Below the pieces are notes generated by a model. The model was not told the DNA's origin. It did no database searches and saw nothing but the letters and a program-made list of their open reading frames with translations. Below are positions 27,482-40,115 of a stretch of 64,000 nt of DNA, piece by piece. Source of the stretch: Nocardioides sp. (GTDB lineage Bacteria > Actinomycetota > Actinomycetes > Propionibacteriales > Nocardioidaceae). The position numbers and the translations under genes were made by a program. The stretch spans positions 1,322,609-1,386,608 of the forward strand of contig NZ_JASGIF010000002.1 of assembly GCF_047602075.1 (NCBI RefSeq), written 5' to 3'. Position 1 is the first letter of the stretch; each line of letters starts with the position of its first letter.

Positions 27482-30400
27482 ATGACCTACCCGAAGGTCG
27501 CCACCGGCCAGTCCGGTGAGCACGAGCACGTTCCAGCGACGCCGAACTTCCCGGCGATCGAGGAGCGGGTGCTGGCCTACTGGGCGCGCGACCACACCTT
27601 CGAGGCGAGCGTCGAGCTCCGCGATTCCGGTGTCGACGGGGACAACGAGTTCGTCTTCTACGACGGCCCGCCGTTCGCCAACGGACTGCCGCACTACGGG
27701 CACCTGCTCACCGGCTATGTCAAGGACTTGATCCCGCGCTTCCAGACCATGCGCGGCCGTCGGGTGGAGCGCCGGTTCGGTTGGGACACCCACGGCCTGC
27801 CTGCCGAGCTGGAGGCGATGAGCCAACTGGGCATGAAGACGACCCAGGAGATCCTCGATCTGGGCATCGAGCAGTTCAACGCGGAGTGTCGGCGCTCGGT
27901 GCTGACCTACACCCAGGAGTGGCGTGACTACGTCACCCGTCAGGCCCGGTGGGTGGACTTCGACAACGACTACAAGACGCTCGACCTGAACTTCATGGAG
28001 TCCGTCCTATGGGCGTTCAAGGAGCTCTACGACAAGGGCCTGGTCTACGAGGACTTCCGCGTCCTGCCCTACTGCTGGAACGACGAGACCCCGCTGTCCA
28101 ACCACGAGCTGCGGATGGACGAGGACGTCTACCAGGATCGCCAGGATCCCGCGGTCACCGTCGGGATGCGGCTGGAGACCGGTGAGCTGGCGCTGGTCTG
28201 GACCACGACCCCGTGGACGCTGCCGTCCAACCTGCTGATCATGGTGGGCGACGACATCGACTACGTGGTGGTGGAGTCGGACCAGCCGACCGGATCCACC
28301 GAGCGCTATCTGCTGGCCGAGGCGCGGCTGCCGGCGTACGAACGAGAGCTGGGCGTGGACGCGCCGGTCGTGGAGCGGCTGAAGGGACGCGACCTGGTCG
28401 GGCGCGCCTACACCCCGCCGTTCACCTACTTCGAGGGCACGGCGCATGCGCACCGGGTGGTCGAGGCGCCGTTCGTGACGACCGAGGACGGCACCGGGCT
28501 GGTGCACTCGGCCGGCGCCTACGGTGAGGAGGACAAGGTGATCACCGACCGCGAGGGCATCGAGCTCGTGGTCGCCGTCGGCAAGGACGGCCGGTTCACC
28601 TACCCGATCACCGACTACGCCGGGATGCACGTCTTCGACGCGAACGTCCCGATCATCGGGCACCTCAAGGCGGCCACCCGCGGCGAGGGGGAGATCGGCA
28701 GCGTCGTGCCCGGCACCGTCCTGGTGCGGCGAGAGAGCTACGAGCACTCCTACCCGCACTGCTGGCGCTGCCGGCAGCCGCTGATCTACATGGCGGTGTC
28801 GTCGTGGTTCGTCGACACCCGCATGTTCCGTGACCGGATGCTGGAGATCAACCAGGACATCCGCTGGGTCCCCGAGCACGTTCGAGACGGGCAGTTCGGC
28901 AAGTGGCTGGAGAACACCCGCCCGTGGTCGATCTCCCGCAACCGCTTCTGGGGCTCCCCGATCCCGGTCTGGCGCTCCGACGACCCGGCCTATCCGCGGA
29001 TCGACGTCTACGGCTCGCTGGACGAGCTGGAGCGCGACTTCGGGGTGCGGCCGGACAACCTGCACCGTCCCTTCGTCGACGAGCTCGTGCGCCCGAACCC
29101 CGACGACCCGCGGCCGGTCGGGGAGGGCAAGTCGATGATGCGCCGCGTCACCGACGTGTTCGACTGCTGGTTCGAGTCGGGGTCGATGCCGTTCGCCCAG
29201 GTGCACTACCCGTTCGAGAACCGGGACTGGTTCGAGCACCACTTCCCGGGCGACTTCATCGTGGAGTACATCGGCCAGACCCGCGGCTGGTTCTACACCA
29301 TGCACGTGCTCGCCTCGGCGCTGTTCGACAAGCCGGCATTCTCGACCTGCGTCTCGCACGGCATCGTGCTGGGCTCGGACGGCAACAAGATGAGCAAGTC
29401 GCTGCGCAACTACCCGAACGTCTACGAGGTGTTCGACCGCGACGGCGCCGACGCGATGCGATGGTTCTTGATGAGCTCACCGATCCTGCGTGGCGGCAAC
29501 CTGATCGTGACCGAGCAGGGCATCCGCGAGTCGGTGCGGCAGGTCCTCATCCCACTGTGGAACTCGTGGTACTTCTTCGCGCTCTACGCCAACGCCGCCG
29601 GAGTGACCGGCTACAGCGCGGGCTGGCGCACCGACGCCGAGCATCCGATGGACCGCTACATCCTGGCCAAGCTGCACGACTACGTCGAGGCGATGACGCG
29701 CCAGCTGGACAACTACGAGGTCGCCAACGCGTGCGACTCGACTCGGGCGTTCCTCGACGTGCTCACGAACTGGTACATCCGGCGTTCCCGCGAGCGGTTC
29801 TGGGGCACCGACGACGGCCTGGACCGCGACGCCTTCGACACGCTCTACACCGTGCTCGAGGTGACCACCCGAGCCGCGGCGCCGCTGCTGCCGCTGACCA
29901 CCGAAGAGGTCTGGCGTGGCCTGACCGGAGAGCGCTCGGTCCACCTGGCCGACTGGCCGCTGGCCGCCGACCTCCCGGCTGATGCCGAGGGTGTCGCCGC
30001 GATGGACCAGGTTCGAGAGGTGTGCTCGGCGGCGTCCGCGCTGCGCAAGGGCGCCGGCCTGCGCAACCGCTTGCCCCTGGCGGCGCTGACCGTCGTCGTC
30101 CCGGACGCCGGCCGACTGGCAGACCTGACCGGCATCGTCGCCGACGAGGTCAACGTCAAGGAGGTCCGGCTGCTCGACATCGACGACCCCGCCGCGTCGT
30201 CGTACGACGTCACGCAGCGGCTCACCGTCAACGCCCGCGCGGCCGGACCACGGTTGGGCAAGGAGGTCCAGAGCGTGATCCGAGGCGCCAAGGCCGGCGA
30301 CTGGTCGGTGGCCGAGGACGGGGTGGTGACCTGTGCCGGCGTGCCGCTGCAGGACGGTGAGTTCTCCCTCGAGACGGTCGCCGCGGAGTCCGACGGACAG

Positions 30401-30712
30401 TCCGCGACCGGTCTGCTGCCGAGCGGAGGCTTCGTCGTGCTCGACACCGCCGTGACGGCCGAGCTGGCCGCGGAGGGGCTCGCTCGCGATGTGATCCGAG
30501 CCGTGCAACAGGCCCGCAAGGATGCCGAGCTGGAGGTCTCCGACCGGATCCAGCTGGCGGTCGACGGGTCGGCCGACGTCCGCGCAGCGGCCCGTGAGCA
30601 CCAGGCCCTGATCGCGGGGGAGACGCTGGCGGAGGTCCTGGTGGTCGCCGATGACCCGCCGACCGAGGGGACCGAGACGGGCCGGATCGAGGTTGCCGTC
30701 GCCAAGAGTTGA
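27482..30712 (+). CDS. ileS: Isoleucine--tRNA ligase (type 2)
   Basis: [34 protein letters not shown]. Confidence 0.98.
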   Translation: MTYPKVATGQSGEHEHVPATPNFPAIEERVLAYWARDHTFEASVELRDSGVDGDNEFVFYDGPPFANGLPHYGHLLTGYVKDLIPRFQTMRGRRVERRFGWDTHGLPAELEAMSQLGMKTTQEILDLGIEQFNAECRRSVLTYTQEWRDYVTRQARWVDFDNDYKTLDLNFMESVLWAFKELYDKGLVYEDFRVLPYCWNDETPLSNHELRMDEDVYQDRQDPAVTVGMRLETGELALVWTTTPWTLPSNLLIMVGDDIDYVVVESDQPTGSTERYLLAEARLPAYERELGVDAPVVERLKGRDLVGRAYTPPFTYFEGTAHAHRVVEAPFVTTEDGTGLVHSAGAYGEEDKVITDREGIELVVAVGKDGRFTYPITDYAGMHVFDANVPIIGHLKAATRGEGEIGSVVPGTVLVRRESYEHSYPHCWRCRQPLIYMAVSSWFVDTRMFRDRMLEINQDIRWVPEHVRDGQFGKWLENTRPWSISRNRFWGSPIPVWRSDDPAYPRIDVYGSLDELERDFGVRPDNLHRPFVDELVRPNPDDPRPVGEGKSMMRRVTDVFDCWFESGSMPFAQVHYPFENRDWFEHHFPGDFIVEYIGQTRGWFYTMHVLASALFDKPAFSTCVSHGIVLGSDGNKMSKSLRNYPNVYEVFDRDGADAMRWFLMSSPILRGGNLIVTEQGIRESVRQVLIPLWNSWYFFALYANAAGVTGYSAGWRTDAEHPMDRYILAKLHDYVEAMTRQLDNYEVANACDSTRAFLDVLTNWYIRRSRERFWGTDDGLDRDAFDTLYTVLEVTTRAAAPLLPLTTEEVWRGLTGERSVHLADWPLAADLPADAEGVAAMDQVREVCSAASALRKGAGLRNRLPLAALTVVVPDAGRLADLTGIVADEVNVKEVRLLDIDDPAASSYDVTQRLTVNARAAGPRLGKEVQSVIRGAKAGDWSVAEDGVVTCAGVPLQDGEFSLETVAAESDGQSATGLLPSGGFVVLDTAVTAELAAEGLARDVIRAVQQARKDAELEVSDRIQLAVDGSADVRAAAREHQALIAGETLAEVLVVADDPPTEGTETGRIEVAVAKS

Positions 30713-30899
30713 GAGGTCCCGCCAGCAGGGCGAATGCCGGCTGGCCGCCGCCCCAGCACGCACCTGAGCACCTTCTCCTCGGTCGCCGGGCCTCCGGCCC
30801 GTCTCCCTCGTCGCGGCACTCATCCACGCACTGGGACGACGCCCGACTCGACAGCCCCTCCCGGCGGAACCTCTGAGTCCGATCCATCCGCGAGCCTGG

Positions 30900-31976
30900 T
30901 TGGATGGGCCCGTGCAACTGGACCTGAACTCCGACGTGGTGGCGCTGACTCGGCAGCTTGTCGACATCGAGTCGGTGAGTCACGACGAGACGGAGATCGC
31001 CGATGCGGTGGCCGACGCGCTGGCGCCGTGCACTCACCTCGAGGTGGCCCGGCGCGGCAACACGGTGGTGGCACGGACCGCGCTGGATCGACCCGAGCGG
31101 GTGGTCATCGCCGGTCACCTCGACACGGTGCCGCTCAACGACAACCTGCCGTCGCGGATGGAGGGCGACCTCCTCTACGGTCTCGGCTCTTGTGACATGA
31201 AGGGTGGCGACGCGGTCATCCTCAAGTTGGCAGCGACCGTGCCCGAGCCCACCAGAGATGTCACCTTTGTCCTCTATGACGGCGAGGAGATCGAGTCCGA
31301 GCACAACGGCCTGCGCAAGCTTGCCGAGAGCGACCCCGAGCTGATGCGGGCCGACTTCGCCATCTTGATGGAGCCCTCCAACGCCGTGGTCGAGGCCGGT
31401 TGCCAGGGCACGATGCGCGTCGAGGTCCGCAGCGCGGGGGAGCGGGCCCACTCGGCTCGATCCTGGATGGGTCGCAACGCGATCCATCAGGCCGGCGAGG
31501 TTCTCGACCGCTTGCGGGCCTACCAGCCGCGACGCCCGGAGATCGACGGGCTCGACTATTACGAGGGTCTCAACGCGGTCGGCATCCGTGGCGGCGTGGC
31601 CGGCAACGTCATCCCCGACGAATGCGTGGTCGTCATCAACTACCGCTTCGCCCCCGATCGCAGCGAAGCCGAGGCCGAGGCCTACCTCCGCGAGCTGTTC
31701 GAGGGGTACGACGTCCAGGTCACCGACACTGCGCCCGGAGCCCTCCCCGGACTGGCGGTGCCAGCCGCGCGCGCCTTCGTCGAGGCGGTCGGCGGGCAGG
31801 TGAACCCGAAGTTCGGCTGGACCGACGTGGCTCGGTTCAGCAGCCTCGGCGTCCCGGCGGTCAACTTCGGCCCCGGTGATCCGATGCTTGCGCACAAGCA
31901 GGAGGAGCACGTGCCCGTCGACCAGATCCGCAGTTGCGAAGCCCGGCTCGCCGCCTGGCTCGGGGACCCCCGATGA
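30900..31976 (+). CDS. dapE: Succinyl-diaminopimelate desuccinylase
   Basis: GHLDTVP, DMKGG, YDGEE, AHSARSW, GWTDVARF, AHKQEEH. Confidence 0.95.
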   Translation: MDGPVQLDLNSDVVALTRQLVDIESVSHDETEIADAVADALAPCTHLEVARRGNTVVARTALDRPERVVIAGHLDTVPLNDNLPSRMEGDLLYGLGSCDMKGGDAVILKLAATVPEPTRDVTFVLYDGEEIESEHNGLRKLAESDPELMRADFAILMEPSNAVVEAGCQGTMRVEVRSAGERAHSARSWMGRNAIHQAGEVLDRLRAYQPRRPEIDGLDYYEGLNAVGIRGGVAGNVIPDECVVVINYRFAPDRSEAEAEAYLRELFEGYDVQVTDTAPGALPGLAVPAARAFVEAVGGQVNPKFGWTDVARFSSLGVPAVNFGPGDPMLAHKQEEHVPVDQIRSCEARLAAWLGDPR

Positions 31977-32731
31977 ACACCCCTGGAGCGGAAGAGCCGA
32001 CCTACAAGGGACCGGTGTTGATGCGTCGGGATCAGGTCGAGGACGGCACGGCCGATCAGCGGCTGCTGGACTCCAAGGGCACCGGAGACTGGGTGCACAC
32101 CGATCCGTGGCGGGTGCTGCGGATCCAGGCCGAGTTCATCGAGGGGTTCGGCGCGCTAGCGGAGCTCGGGCCTGCGATCGGTGTGTTCGGATCGGCCCGG
32201 TTGCGGCCCGGCACCCTGGACTACGCGCTGGGCGAGGAGGCCGGCCGCAAGCTCGTCGAGGCCGGGTTCGCGGTGATCACCGGCGGTGGCCCGGGCGGGA
32301 TGGAGGCCGCCAACAAGGGCGCCTCACAGGCAGGCGGTGTGAGCGTCGGCCTCGGCATCGAGCTGCCGTTCGAGTCCGGGCTGAACCAGTGGGTCGACAT
32401 CGGCATCAACTTCCGCTACTTCTTTGCTCGCAAGACGATGTTCGTCAAATACGCCCAAGGGTTCATCGTCCTGCCCGGCGGGCTCGGCACCCTCGACGAG
32501 CTGTTCGAGGCGTTGACTCTGGTGCAGACCCAGAAGGTGACCAGCTTCCCGGTGGTGCTGCTGGGCAGCGCCTACTGGGGCGGTCTGGTCGGCTGGCTGC
32601 GAGACACCGCGCTGGCGGCCGGCAACATCTCGGCGACCGACCTGGATCTGATCAGCATCACCGACGACGTGGACGAGGCGGTGCGGCTGATGGTCGAGGC
32701 GCACCACCGACGAGAGGGGGAGGACCAATGA
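31973..32731 (+). CDS. LOG family (TIGR00730-type) protein
   Basis: VFGSAR, TGGGPGGMEAAN, YFFARK, PGGLGTLDELFE. Confidence 0.93.
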   Translation: MNTPGAEEPTYKGPVLMRRDQVEDGTADQRLLDSKGTGDWVHTDPWRVLRIQAEFIEGFGALAELGPAIGVFGSARLRPGTLDYALGEEAGRKLVEAGFAVITGGGPGGMEAANKGASQAGGVSVGLGIELPFESGLNQWVDIGINFRYFFARKTMFVKYAQGFIVLPGGLGTLDELFEALTLVQTQKVTSFPVVLLGSAYWGGLVGWLRDTALAAGNISATDLDLISITDDVDEAVRLMVEAHHRREGEDQ

Positions 32732-33006
32732 TCTGGCTCTTCGCTGTGTTGATCGTGCTGGCGATGGGTGGCGTTGCCCTGCTCGCGGCAGGCAGGGGCG
32801 ATCCGCTCGCGGAGGAGTACGGCGACCGCCCGGACGCGCTGGTGCCCGCCTCCGGAGCGATTCGGGCCGAGGACCTGCGCCGGGTCCGTTTCTCACTCGC
32901 CTTCCGCGGCTATCGGATGTCGGAGGTCGACGAGCTGCTCGACCGACTGGCCCGCGAAATGGAGCCCGACTCCGCGACCACCGATGGCAGCCTGCGGAAC
33001 GACTAG
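32728..33006 (+). CDS. DivIVA-domain membrane protein
   Basis: TM helix, then VRFSLAFRGYRMSEVDELLDRL. Confidence 0.88.
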   Translation: MIWLFAVLIVLAMGGVALLAAGRGDPLAEEYGDRPDALVPASGAIRAEDLRRVRFSLAFRGYRMSEVDELLDRLAREMEPDSATTDGSLRND

Positions 33007-33021
33007 GGCAGACTTCCGCCT

Positions 33022-33453
33022 GTGTCCCCCCGCCTGATCGCCTATGTCCTGGTGGCGCTCGGCGCGCTCGTCGTCGTCCTGACCCGCATCCGGATGCGCC
33101 GCGAGGGTGCTGCCGGTGTCCACCAGGTGCCTCGGGGCGTGGTCCTCGGGCACACCGTCTCCGGGGTGCTGGGACTGGTCTCCTGGCTGGCCTACCTGCT
33201 GACCCACGGTCACGACACCACCCTTGGCGTGGACCGGGAGCTGGTCGGCATCGTGGCACTGGCCTGCCTGTGGATCTTGTCGGTGCTCGGGCTGATGATC
33301 CTGCTTCGCTGGCTGCCGAGCCGGGGTCGGCACGCCTCGGCGGCGACCGAGGACAGTTGGAGTGACGGGCCCGGTCTCTCGGTGCTTGCCCATGTCGGGA
33401 TGTTCCTCGCGGTCGCCTTCTTCACCATCTCCTACATGCTCAACACGCTGTGA
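33022..33453 (+). CDS. Hypothetical membrane protein (4 TM)
   Basis: Hydrophobic pattern; operon-like spacing. Confidence 0.7.
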   Translation: MSPRLIAYVLVALGALVVVLTRIRMRREGAAGVHQVPRGVVLGHTVSGVLGLVSWLAYLLTHGHDTTLGVDRELVGIVALACLWILSVLGLMILLRWLPSRGRHASAATEDSWSDGPGLSVLAHVGMFLAVAFFTISYMLNTL

Positions 33454-33476
33454 TCGGGCGGCGAGCCGGCGCCACG

Positions 33477-34223
33477 ATGAGACAGCGCTCTGCGGTCTGG
33501 GCGCTGGCTTTGGCAGTGACGCTGAGTCTGCTCACTGCCACCACGCCTGCGGTGTCGCAGAGTCTGGCCCACGACGCCGTGATCCAGCGCAAGGTGATCG
33601 GGCACTCGGTGAAGAAGCGACCGATCGTGGCGCTGCGGCTCGGGGAGCCGGGCAAGCGGGTGATCGTGATGTTCGCCGCCATGCACGGCAACGAGACCGC
33701 GCCCAGCAAGATCCTGCACTCGCTGGCCGACGGCCCGCCGGTGCATGGCATCGACCTGTGGGTGGTTCCGACGTACAACCCCGACGGCGTCGCACGCCAC
33801 ACCCGGCAGAACGCGCGCGGCGTGGACCTCAATCGCAACTTCCCCTACCGCTGGGTGAAGCTGCGCGGGACCTACAACTCCGGTCGAAAGCCCGCCTCGG
33901 AGCCGGAGACACGCGCGGTGATGAGGTTCCTCCGCAAGGTCCGGCCCAGTCAGATCATCAGCTTCCACCAGCCGTTGTACGGCGTGGACACCGACACCAA
34001 GCGACCCGCGTTCGCCCGCCGGCTGGCCCGAGCGCTGCACCTGCCCGCCACGTCGTTCGACTGCGGCGGTGTCTGCCACGGCACCATGACCGGTTGGTAC
34101 AACCACCGGTTCAAGGGCAGTGCGCTGACCGTGGAGTACAACGCCCACCCCGCCCGCGCCCGCATGCGGCAGCGTGCGCCGAAGCAGCTGATCCGGGTCC
34201 TGGGCGCATCGCGCGGGCGGTGA
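33477..34223 (+). CDS. M14 zinc carboxypeptidase (MpaA-like), secreted
   Basis: Signal peptide, HGNE, NPDG, NARGVDLNRNF, SEPET, SFHQ. Confidence 0.9.
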   Translation: MRQRSAVWALALAVTLSLLTATTPAVSQSLAHDAVIQRKVIGHSVKKRPIVALRLGEPGKRVIVMFAAMHGNETAPSKILHSLADGPPVHGIDLWVVPTYNPDGVARHTRQNARGVDLNRNFPYRWVKLRGTYNSGRKPASEPETRAVMRFLRKVRPSQIISFHQPLYGVDTDTKRPAFARRLARALHLPATSFDCGGVCHGTMTGWYNHRFKGSALTVEYNAHPARARMRQRAPKQLIRVLGASRGR

Positions 34224-34305
34224 GGAATAATGGGTCCCGGACAACAGAAGTCGGGGCGGCCCGGGAACGCCGCGACCTGCAGCAAGGACAGGAAGAGGTG
34301 TGCGG

Positions 34306-34473
34306 ATGGCGGCGATGAAGCCTCGTACCGGTGACGGACCCCTGGAGGTCACCAAGGAAGGGCGCGGCATCGTCATGCGGGTGCCTCTCGAAGGCGGCGG
34401 TCGCCTCGTGGTCGAGTTGAACGCCGAGGAGGCGGGCTCGCTGGGTGACGCGCTCAAGGCCGTCGTCGGCTGA
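34306..34473 (+). CDS. DUF3117 small conserved actinobacterial protein
   Basis: MAAMKPRTGDGPLEVTKEGRGIVMRVPLEGGGRLVVEL (55 aa, below the ORF-track cut-off). Confidence 0.93.
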   Translation: MAAMKPRTGDGPLEVTKEGRGIVMRVPLEGGGRLVVELNAEEAGSLGDALKAVVG

Positions 34474-34477
34474 CGCG

Positions 34478-36007
34478 GTGACATCGGTTCCGGCCACCCT
34501 TCCAGCTCAGGTCAGTCCTCCGGAGTTCGCGCTCAGCGGGCTGCCCGCGGCAGCCCTACAAGGCGTCGACGCTGTTGCGTACGCCGTCCAGCCGGGGACG
34601 GATGCTCCCCTGTTGCCCGCGGATGCCGACGCACTCGGTGCCGAGGTGGGCCTCGACCTGATGGCGGTTCTTGAGGCCAACCGTGCGACCGGAGCGGTGG
34701 GTGAGATCGCGTCGGTTCCGGTGAGCCGTGACGGCGGGCTGCTGACGGTCCACCTCGTTGGCATCGGCGAGGCGCGGCTGGTCGACCTCCGCCGCGCGGG
34801 AGCCACGCTTGCCCGCGCCTGCCGAGACACCGACAGCCTCGCGACCTCGATCCCTGCCGTCGCTCCGACTGACGGGTTGGAGGCGTTCGTCGTGGGGCTC
34901 ATGTTGGGCTCCTTCGAGTTCCATTGGCGCTCCGGCGGACCGCGTCACCAGCCGGTCCAGCGGGTCGTCCTCGCCGGTCTCGAGGATGCGGGTGAGCGCA
35001 CGCCGGACCTGTTCCGAGCGATCGCCGTCGGTGGCGCCGGCTGGCGTTCGCGCACCCTCGCGACGGTGCCGTCGAACCTGAAGAACCCGGCCTGGCTGGT
35101 GGAGCGTGCCACCGAGATCGCCGAACAGGCTGGCCTGGAGATGCGGGTCTGGGACGAGCAAGAGCTCGCCGAGCTCGGCATGGGTGGCCTGCTCGGAGTG
35201 GGCCAGGCCTCGGCGACGCCGCCACGCCTGATCCGCCTCGACTACGCGCCTGCGAGCGCGGGGCGACGCACGGCCACGGTCGTGCTGGTCGGCAAGGGCA
35301 TCACCTTCGACTCCGGCGGCCTCTCCATCAAGCCCGCCGAATCGATGGCCACGATGAAGCGGGACATGACCGGCGGCGCCGTGGTCTTCTCGGTCATGGA
35401 CGCCCTCAGCGCCGTCCGCTGTCCGGTTCGCGTGGTCGGCCTGGTGGCAGCCGCGGAGAATGCCGTCTCCGGCAACGCGCTGCGGCCCGGCGACGTGGTG
35501 CGGCACTACGGCGGTCGCACCAGCGAGGTGACCAACACCGATGCCGAGGGCCGCCTCGTGATGGCCGACGCGCTCGCCTACGCCGTCGACCAGGTCAAGC
35601 CTGCCGCGATCGTCGACGTGGCCACCCTGACCGGCGCGATGAAGGTCGCCCTCGGCCAGCGGATGGCCGGCTTCTTCGCCAACAACGACGCCCTCGCCGC
35701 GGCCCTGGAGCGGGCCGGCGAGGAGTCGGGTGAGCCACTGTGGCGCTTCCCGCTCGCCGAGCAGTACGAAGAGAAGCTCGCCTCGAAGGTCGCCGACGCC
35801 GACAACGCACCCGGCGGGCCGGGGGCCATCACCGCAGCGCTGTTCCTCCGGCACTTCGTGGGCTCGGTGCCGTGGGCACATCTGGACGTGGCGTCGGTCG
35901 GCGACTCACCGAGCGACAGCTTCGAGTGGACCGAAGGGCCGACCGGCTACTCCGTGCGCGCCCTGCTCGCCTGGCTGGGCCACCCCGACCCGCTCGACGG
36001 CGTCTGA
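34478..36007 (+). CDS. pepA: M17 leucyl aminopeptidase
   Basis: VGKGITFDSGG, MKRDMTGG, NTDAEGRL, DVATLTGA. Confidence 0.93.
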   Translation: MTSVPATLPAQVSPPEFALSGLPAAALQGVDAVAYAVQPGTDAPLLPADADALGAEVGLDLMAVLEANRATGAVGEIASVPVSRDGGLLTVHLVGIGEARLVDLRRAGATLARACRDTDSLATSIPAVAPTDGLEAFVVGLMLGSFEFHWRSGGPRHQPVQRVVLAGLEDAGERTPDLFRAIAVGGAGWRSRTLATVPSNLKNPAWLVERATEIAEQAGLEMRVWDEQELAELGMGGLLGVGQASATPPRLIRLDYAPASAGRRTATVVLVGKGITFDSGGLSIKPAESMATMKRDMTGGAVVFSVMDALSAVRCPVRVVGLVAAAENAVSGNALRPGDVVRHYGGRTSEVTNTDAEGRLVMADALAYAVDQVKPAAIVDVATLTGAMKVALGQRMAGFFANNDALAAALERAGEESGEPLWRFPLAEQYEEKLASKVADADNAPGGPGAITAALFLRHFVGSVPWAHLDVASVGDSPSDSFEWTEGPTGYSVRALLAWLGHPDPLDGV

Positions 36008-36035
36008 CCGAACAGTCGGACCGGCCAGGGGTGGG

Positions 36036-36692
36036 TCAGTCGCTGGCCTCCGGCGACCACTCCTTCTTCGCCACCAGCAGCCCGTCACCGACCGGCAGCA
36101 GGACCGGCACCAGGCCTTCGTGGTCGCGGACGGTGTGTCCGAGGTCTCGGATAGTGGTGGTCTGCACGTCGCGGACGGCGGGGTCGGCGACTCGGTCGTG
36201 CCACAGCGCGTTGTCGAAGGCCACCACGCCGCCAGGACGGAGCAGGCGCAGGGCCTCGCGCAGGTAGGCGGCGTACTCCCGCTTGTCGCCGTCACAGAAG
36301 ACCAGGTCGTAGTGGCCGTCGGTCAGCCGGGGAAGCACCTCGAGCGCGGCCCCCGCGATGGTGCGCACTCGTTGCGTGGCGAAGCCGGCCTCGGTGTAGG
36401 ACTGCCGGGCCAGCAACTGGTGCTCGGCCTCGATGTCCACCGTGGTGAGCACACCGTCCGAGCGCATCCCGCGCAGTAGCCAAACCCCGGAGACGCCGGT
36501 CCCGCTGCCGATCTCGACGACGGCGCGGGCATCCAGCGCTGCCGCGAGGAACTGCAGCATCGCGCCGGCGCCGGCGCCGATCGGCACCACGCCGACCTCT
36601 TCGGCACGCGTCCGAGCCGCTGCGAGGACCTCGTCCTCGGGCACGAACTGCTCGGCGTAGGTCCAGCTCGTCGCTGCGATCGGTGTAGTGAT
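36036..36692 (-). CDS. O-methyltransferase (likely ATC start)
   Basis: [27 protein letters not shown]; GGGAGG SD placed before ATC 36692; divergent from sigE. Confidence 0.9.
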   Translation of the reverse strand: MTTPIAATSWTYAEQFVPEDEVLAAARTRAEEVGVVPIGAGAGAMLQFLAAALDARAVVEIGSGTGVSGVWLLRGMRSDGVLTTVDIEAEHQLLARQSYTEAGFATQRVRTIAGAALEVLPRLTDGHYDLVFCDGDKREYAAYLREALRLLRPGGVVAFDNALWHDRVADPAVRDVQTTTIRDLGHTVRDHEGLVPVLLPVGDGLLVAKKEWSPEASD

Positions 36693-36760
36693 GGCGGCCT
36701 CCCTGGATCGAGCCGCTCGCGGGCGTGACGGCTGTCTCGACCCTACCGTGGTGGCTGCCG

Positions 36761-36786
36761 GGAACACCGGAGCGCACAGGATCGTT
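36761..36786 (+). promoter_or_regulatory. SigE/SigH-type promoter GGAAC-N17-CGTT
   Basis: GGAAC 36761-36765, CGTT 36783-36786, upstream of sigE. Confidence 0.65.
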
Positions 36787-36822
36787 CTCCTCACGAGGTT
36801 CCCAGCAAATGCCGGGGGTTGT

Positions 36823-36839
36823 TCACAGCATCCTCTCAG
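36823..36839 (+). promoter_or_regulatory. MprA-box-like direct repeat TCACAG-N5-TCTCAG
   Basis: 11-bp period repeat resembling the mycobacterial MprA box found at sigE. Confidence 0.45.
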
Positions 36840-36877
36840 CCCAACTTCTTAGCGTGAGGACGGTCTTGTTTAGTCGG

Positions 36878-37513
36878 ATGGTGCGTCAGCGCGCAAAGGA
36901 GATCCCCGTGAGGGAAGGCCCAGACGCCGAAAGCGCCGTGGGGCAGGTCGGGGTCCCGTCCTGGCAAGAGATCGTCGAGCTGCACTCCGATCGGGTCTAC
37001 CGCCTCGCCTACCGCCTGACTGGCAACAGGCACGATGCCGAGGACCTCACCCAGGAGGTCTTCGTCCGGGTGTTCCGGAGCCTGGACACCTACACCCCGG
37101 GCACCTTCGAAGGCTGGCTGCATCGGATCACCACCAACCTCTTCCTCGACCAGGCCCGCCGGCGCCAGCGGATCCGGTTCGACGCGCTCTCCGACGAGCG
37201 AGCCAGCCGGCTCGCGAGTCGAGCGCCGAGCCCTGACGCCGCGCTCGTGGACACCACTTTCGACGACGACGTGGCGCAGGCGTTGGCCGCTCTGCCGCCG
37301 GAGTTCCGCGCCGCCGTCGTCCTGTGCGACGTCGAGGGCCTGACTTACGAGGAGATCGCCGACATTCTCGGCGCCAAACTGGGCACGGTCCGGTCTCGCA
37401 TCCACCGTGGCCGTGCCCAGTTGCGCGCCGCGCTGGCGCACCGCGCACCGACCGCAGGACGGCAGCGGTACGCCGGCCCCCAGGCCGTTCCGGCGCAGGA
37501 GTCCCGCTCGTGA
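36878..37513 (+). CDS. sigE: ECF sigma factor SigE
   Basis: [41 protein letters not shown]; OMT-sigE-rseA-htrA synteny. Confidence 0.93.
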   Translation: MVRQRAKEIPVREGPDAESAVGQVGVPSWQEIVELHSDRVYRLAYRLTGNRHDAEDLTQEVFVRVFRSLDTYTPGTFEGWLHRITTNLFLDQARRRQRIRFDALSDERASRLASRAPSPDAALVDTTFDDDVAQALAALPPEFRAAVVLCDVEGLTYEEIADILGAKLGTVRSRIHRGRAQLRAALAHRAPTAGRQRYAGPQAVPAQESRS

Positions 37514-37997
37514 TCGGTCATCTCGGTGCGCGGGTGAGCCAGCTTCTCGACGGACAGCTCACCTCGGAGGACGAGGACCGGGCCTGGCACCATGTGATGA
37601 CCTGCCATCAGTGTCGGGACCTGGTCGAGCGTGAGGGTTGGGTGAAGACCAGGCTCGCGGGCCTCTCGTTCGGCCAGGGCACCGCGCCCGACGACCTGAA
37701 GGGGTCCCTGCTCGACGCCTCGGCGCTCGGCACCGTCGCCACCGGTGGATTTCTGGAGAGCGAGCGTCCTCGCGTGCGACCGGCGCTAGCCGCTCTCGGA
37801 GGTGGCGCGCTCGGGGCCGCCCTGGTCGGCATGGTTGCCTTCGTCGGCGTGCCGGGCTCCTCGCCCACGATGGAGGTCCGCTCGCCCGGCGTCAGCACGC
37901 GGCCGAGCAGCCCGGTGTCGAGCACCGGTGACGGCATCCTGCAGCGAGAGCGCCGAGAAGTCGCCCACGGCGTTCGTCCACACGACACAATGGTGTG

Positions 37998-38001
<4 letters not shown>
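37510..38001 (+). CDS. rseA: Zinc-binding anti-sigma factor RseA-like
   Basis: HLG..VSQLLDG...HVMTCHQC (HxxxCxxC) followed by a TM helix. Confidence 0.85.
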
Positions 38002-39455
<1,454 letters not shown>

Positions 39456-39478
39456 TCTGCCACGTCGCCGTCGGTCCG

Positions 39479-39600
39479 TCTGCCGCGGTGCTGTGGTGGC
39501 CCGGACCCAACTCCCGCGGTCCTATGGTGGCTGAGGACCCGGTATTCGGGGCACTTTGCCACTACAAGACCGCGGCAGACGCAAGAAGACCGCGGCAGAC
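39479..39600 (+). repeat. REP/BIME-like repeat, copy 3
   Basis: TCTGCCGCGGTGCTGTGGTGGC, degenerate second left module, TGAGGACCCGGTATTCGGGGCACTTT, GCCACTACAAGACCGCGGCAGAC-GCAAGAAGACCGCGGCAGAC. Confidence 0.9.
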
Positions 39601-39760
39601 GGCCCACCGCGCAGCAAGCCGGACGACCAGCGACCCGGCCAGCAACCCCAGCCAACAGCAACGCTCACCCGTCGTCGTTGCCCTGTCGGTCGCAACCCAA
39701 GGCGACCAGCGACCCGACCGGCAAACCCCGACCACGGTGGCGCCTCGGGGCCGCGAAGTT

Positions 39761-40024
39761 TCAGTTGACCTCGGTGCCGGTCTCCGACTCGACATAGGGG
39801 TGCTGTTTGACGAACGTCTTGGTCTCGGCATACATCCGCTCGATATAGGTCTCCAGCTCGCTCGACTCGACCCGCCATTGACCACGGCCACCGATCTTGA
39901 TGGCGGGCAGGTCACCGCGACGGACCAAGGCGTAGACCTGGGCACCCGAGGTGTTCAAGATCTCCGCAACGTCTGAGAGCGTGAGGAAGCGGGGTTGTGC
40001 GTCCTGGTGGTCCATGTCCTCCAT
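39761..40024 (-). CDS. Excisionase-family (HTH_17) DNA-binding protein
   Basis: FLTLSDVAEILN.S..QVYALVRRGDLPAIKIGGRGQWRV. Confidence 0.88.
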   Translation of the reverse strand: MEDMDHQDAQPRFLTLSDVAEILNTSGAQVYALVRRGDLPAIKIGGRGQWRVESSELETYIERMYAETKTFVKQHPYVESETGTEVN

Positions 40025-40115
40025 GGTGACACCCAGGGTGAAGTAATGGGACCCCGAAACGTCCGCTGTGGAGAACGGGGTGCCCATTCGCGCCGGTTTG
40101 CCGCATGATGACCCG

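Noticed and set aside
39761-40024. Excisionase-like gene as a prophage/ICE marker
   Set aside because: No integrase, att repeats or phage genes nearby; such HTH genes commonly precede actinobacterial SAF/CpaE genes.
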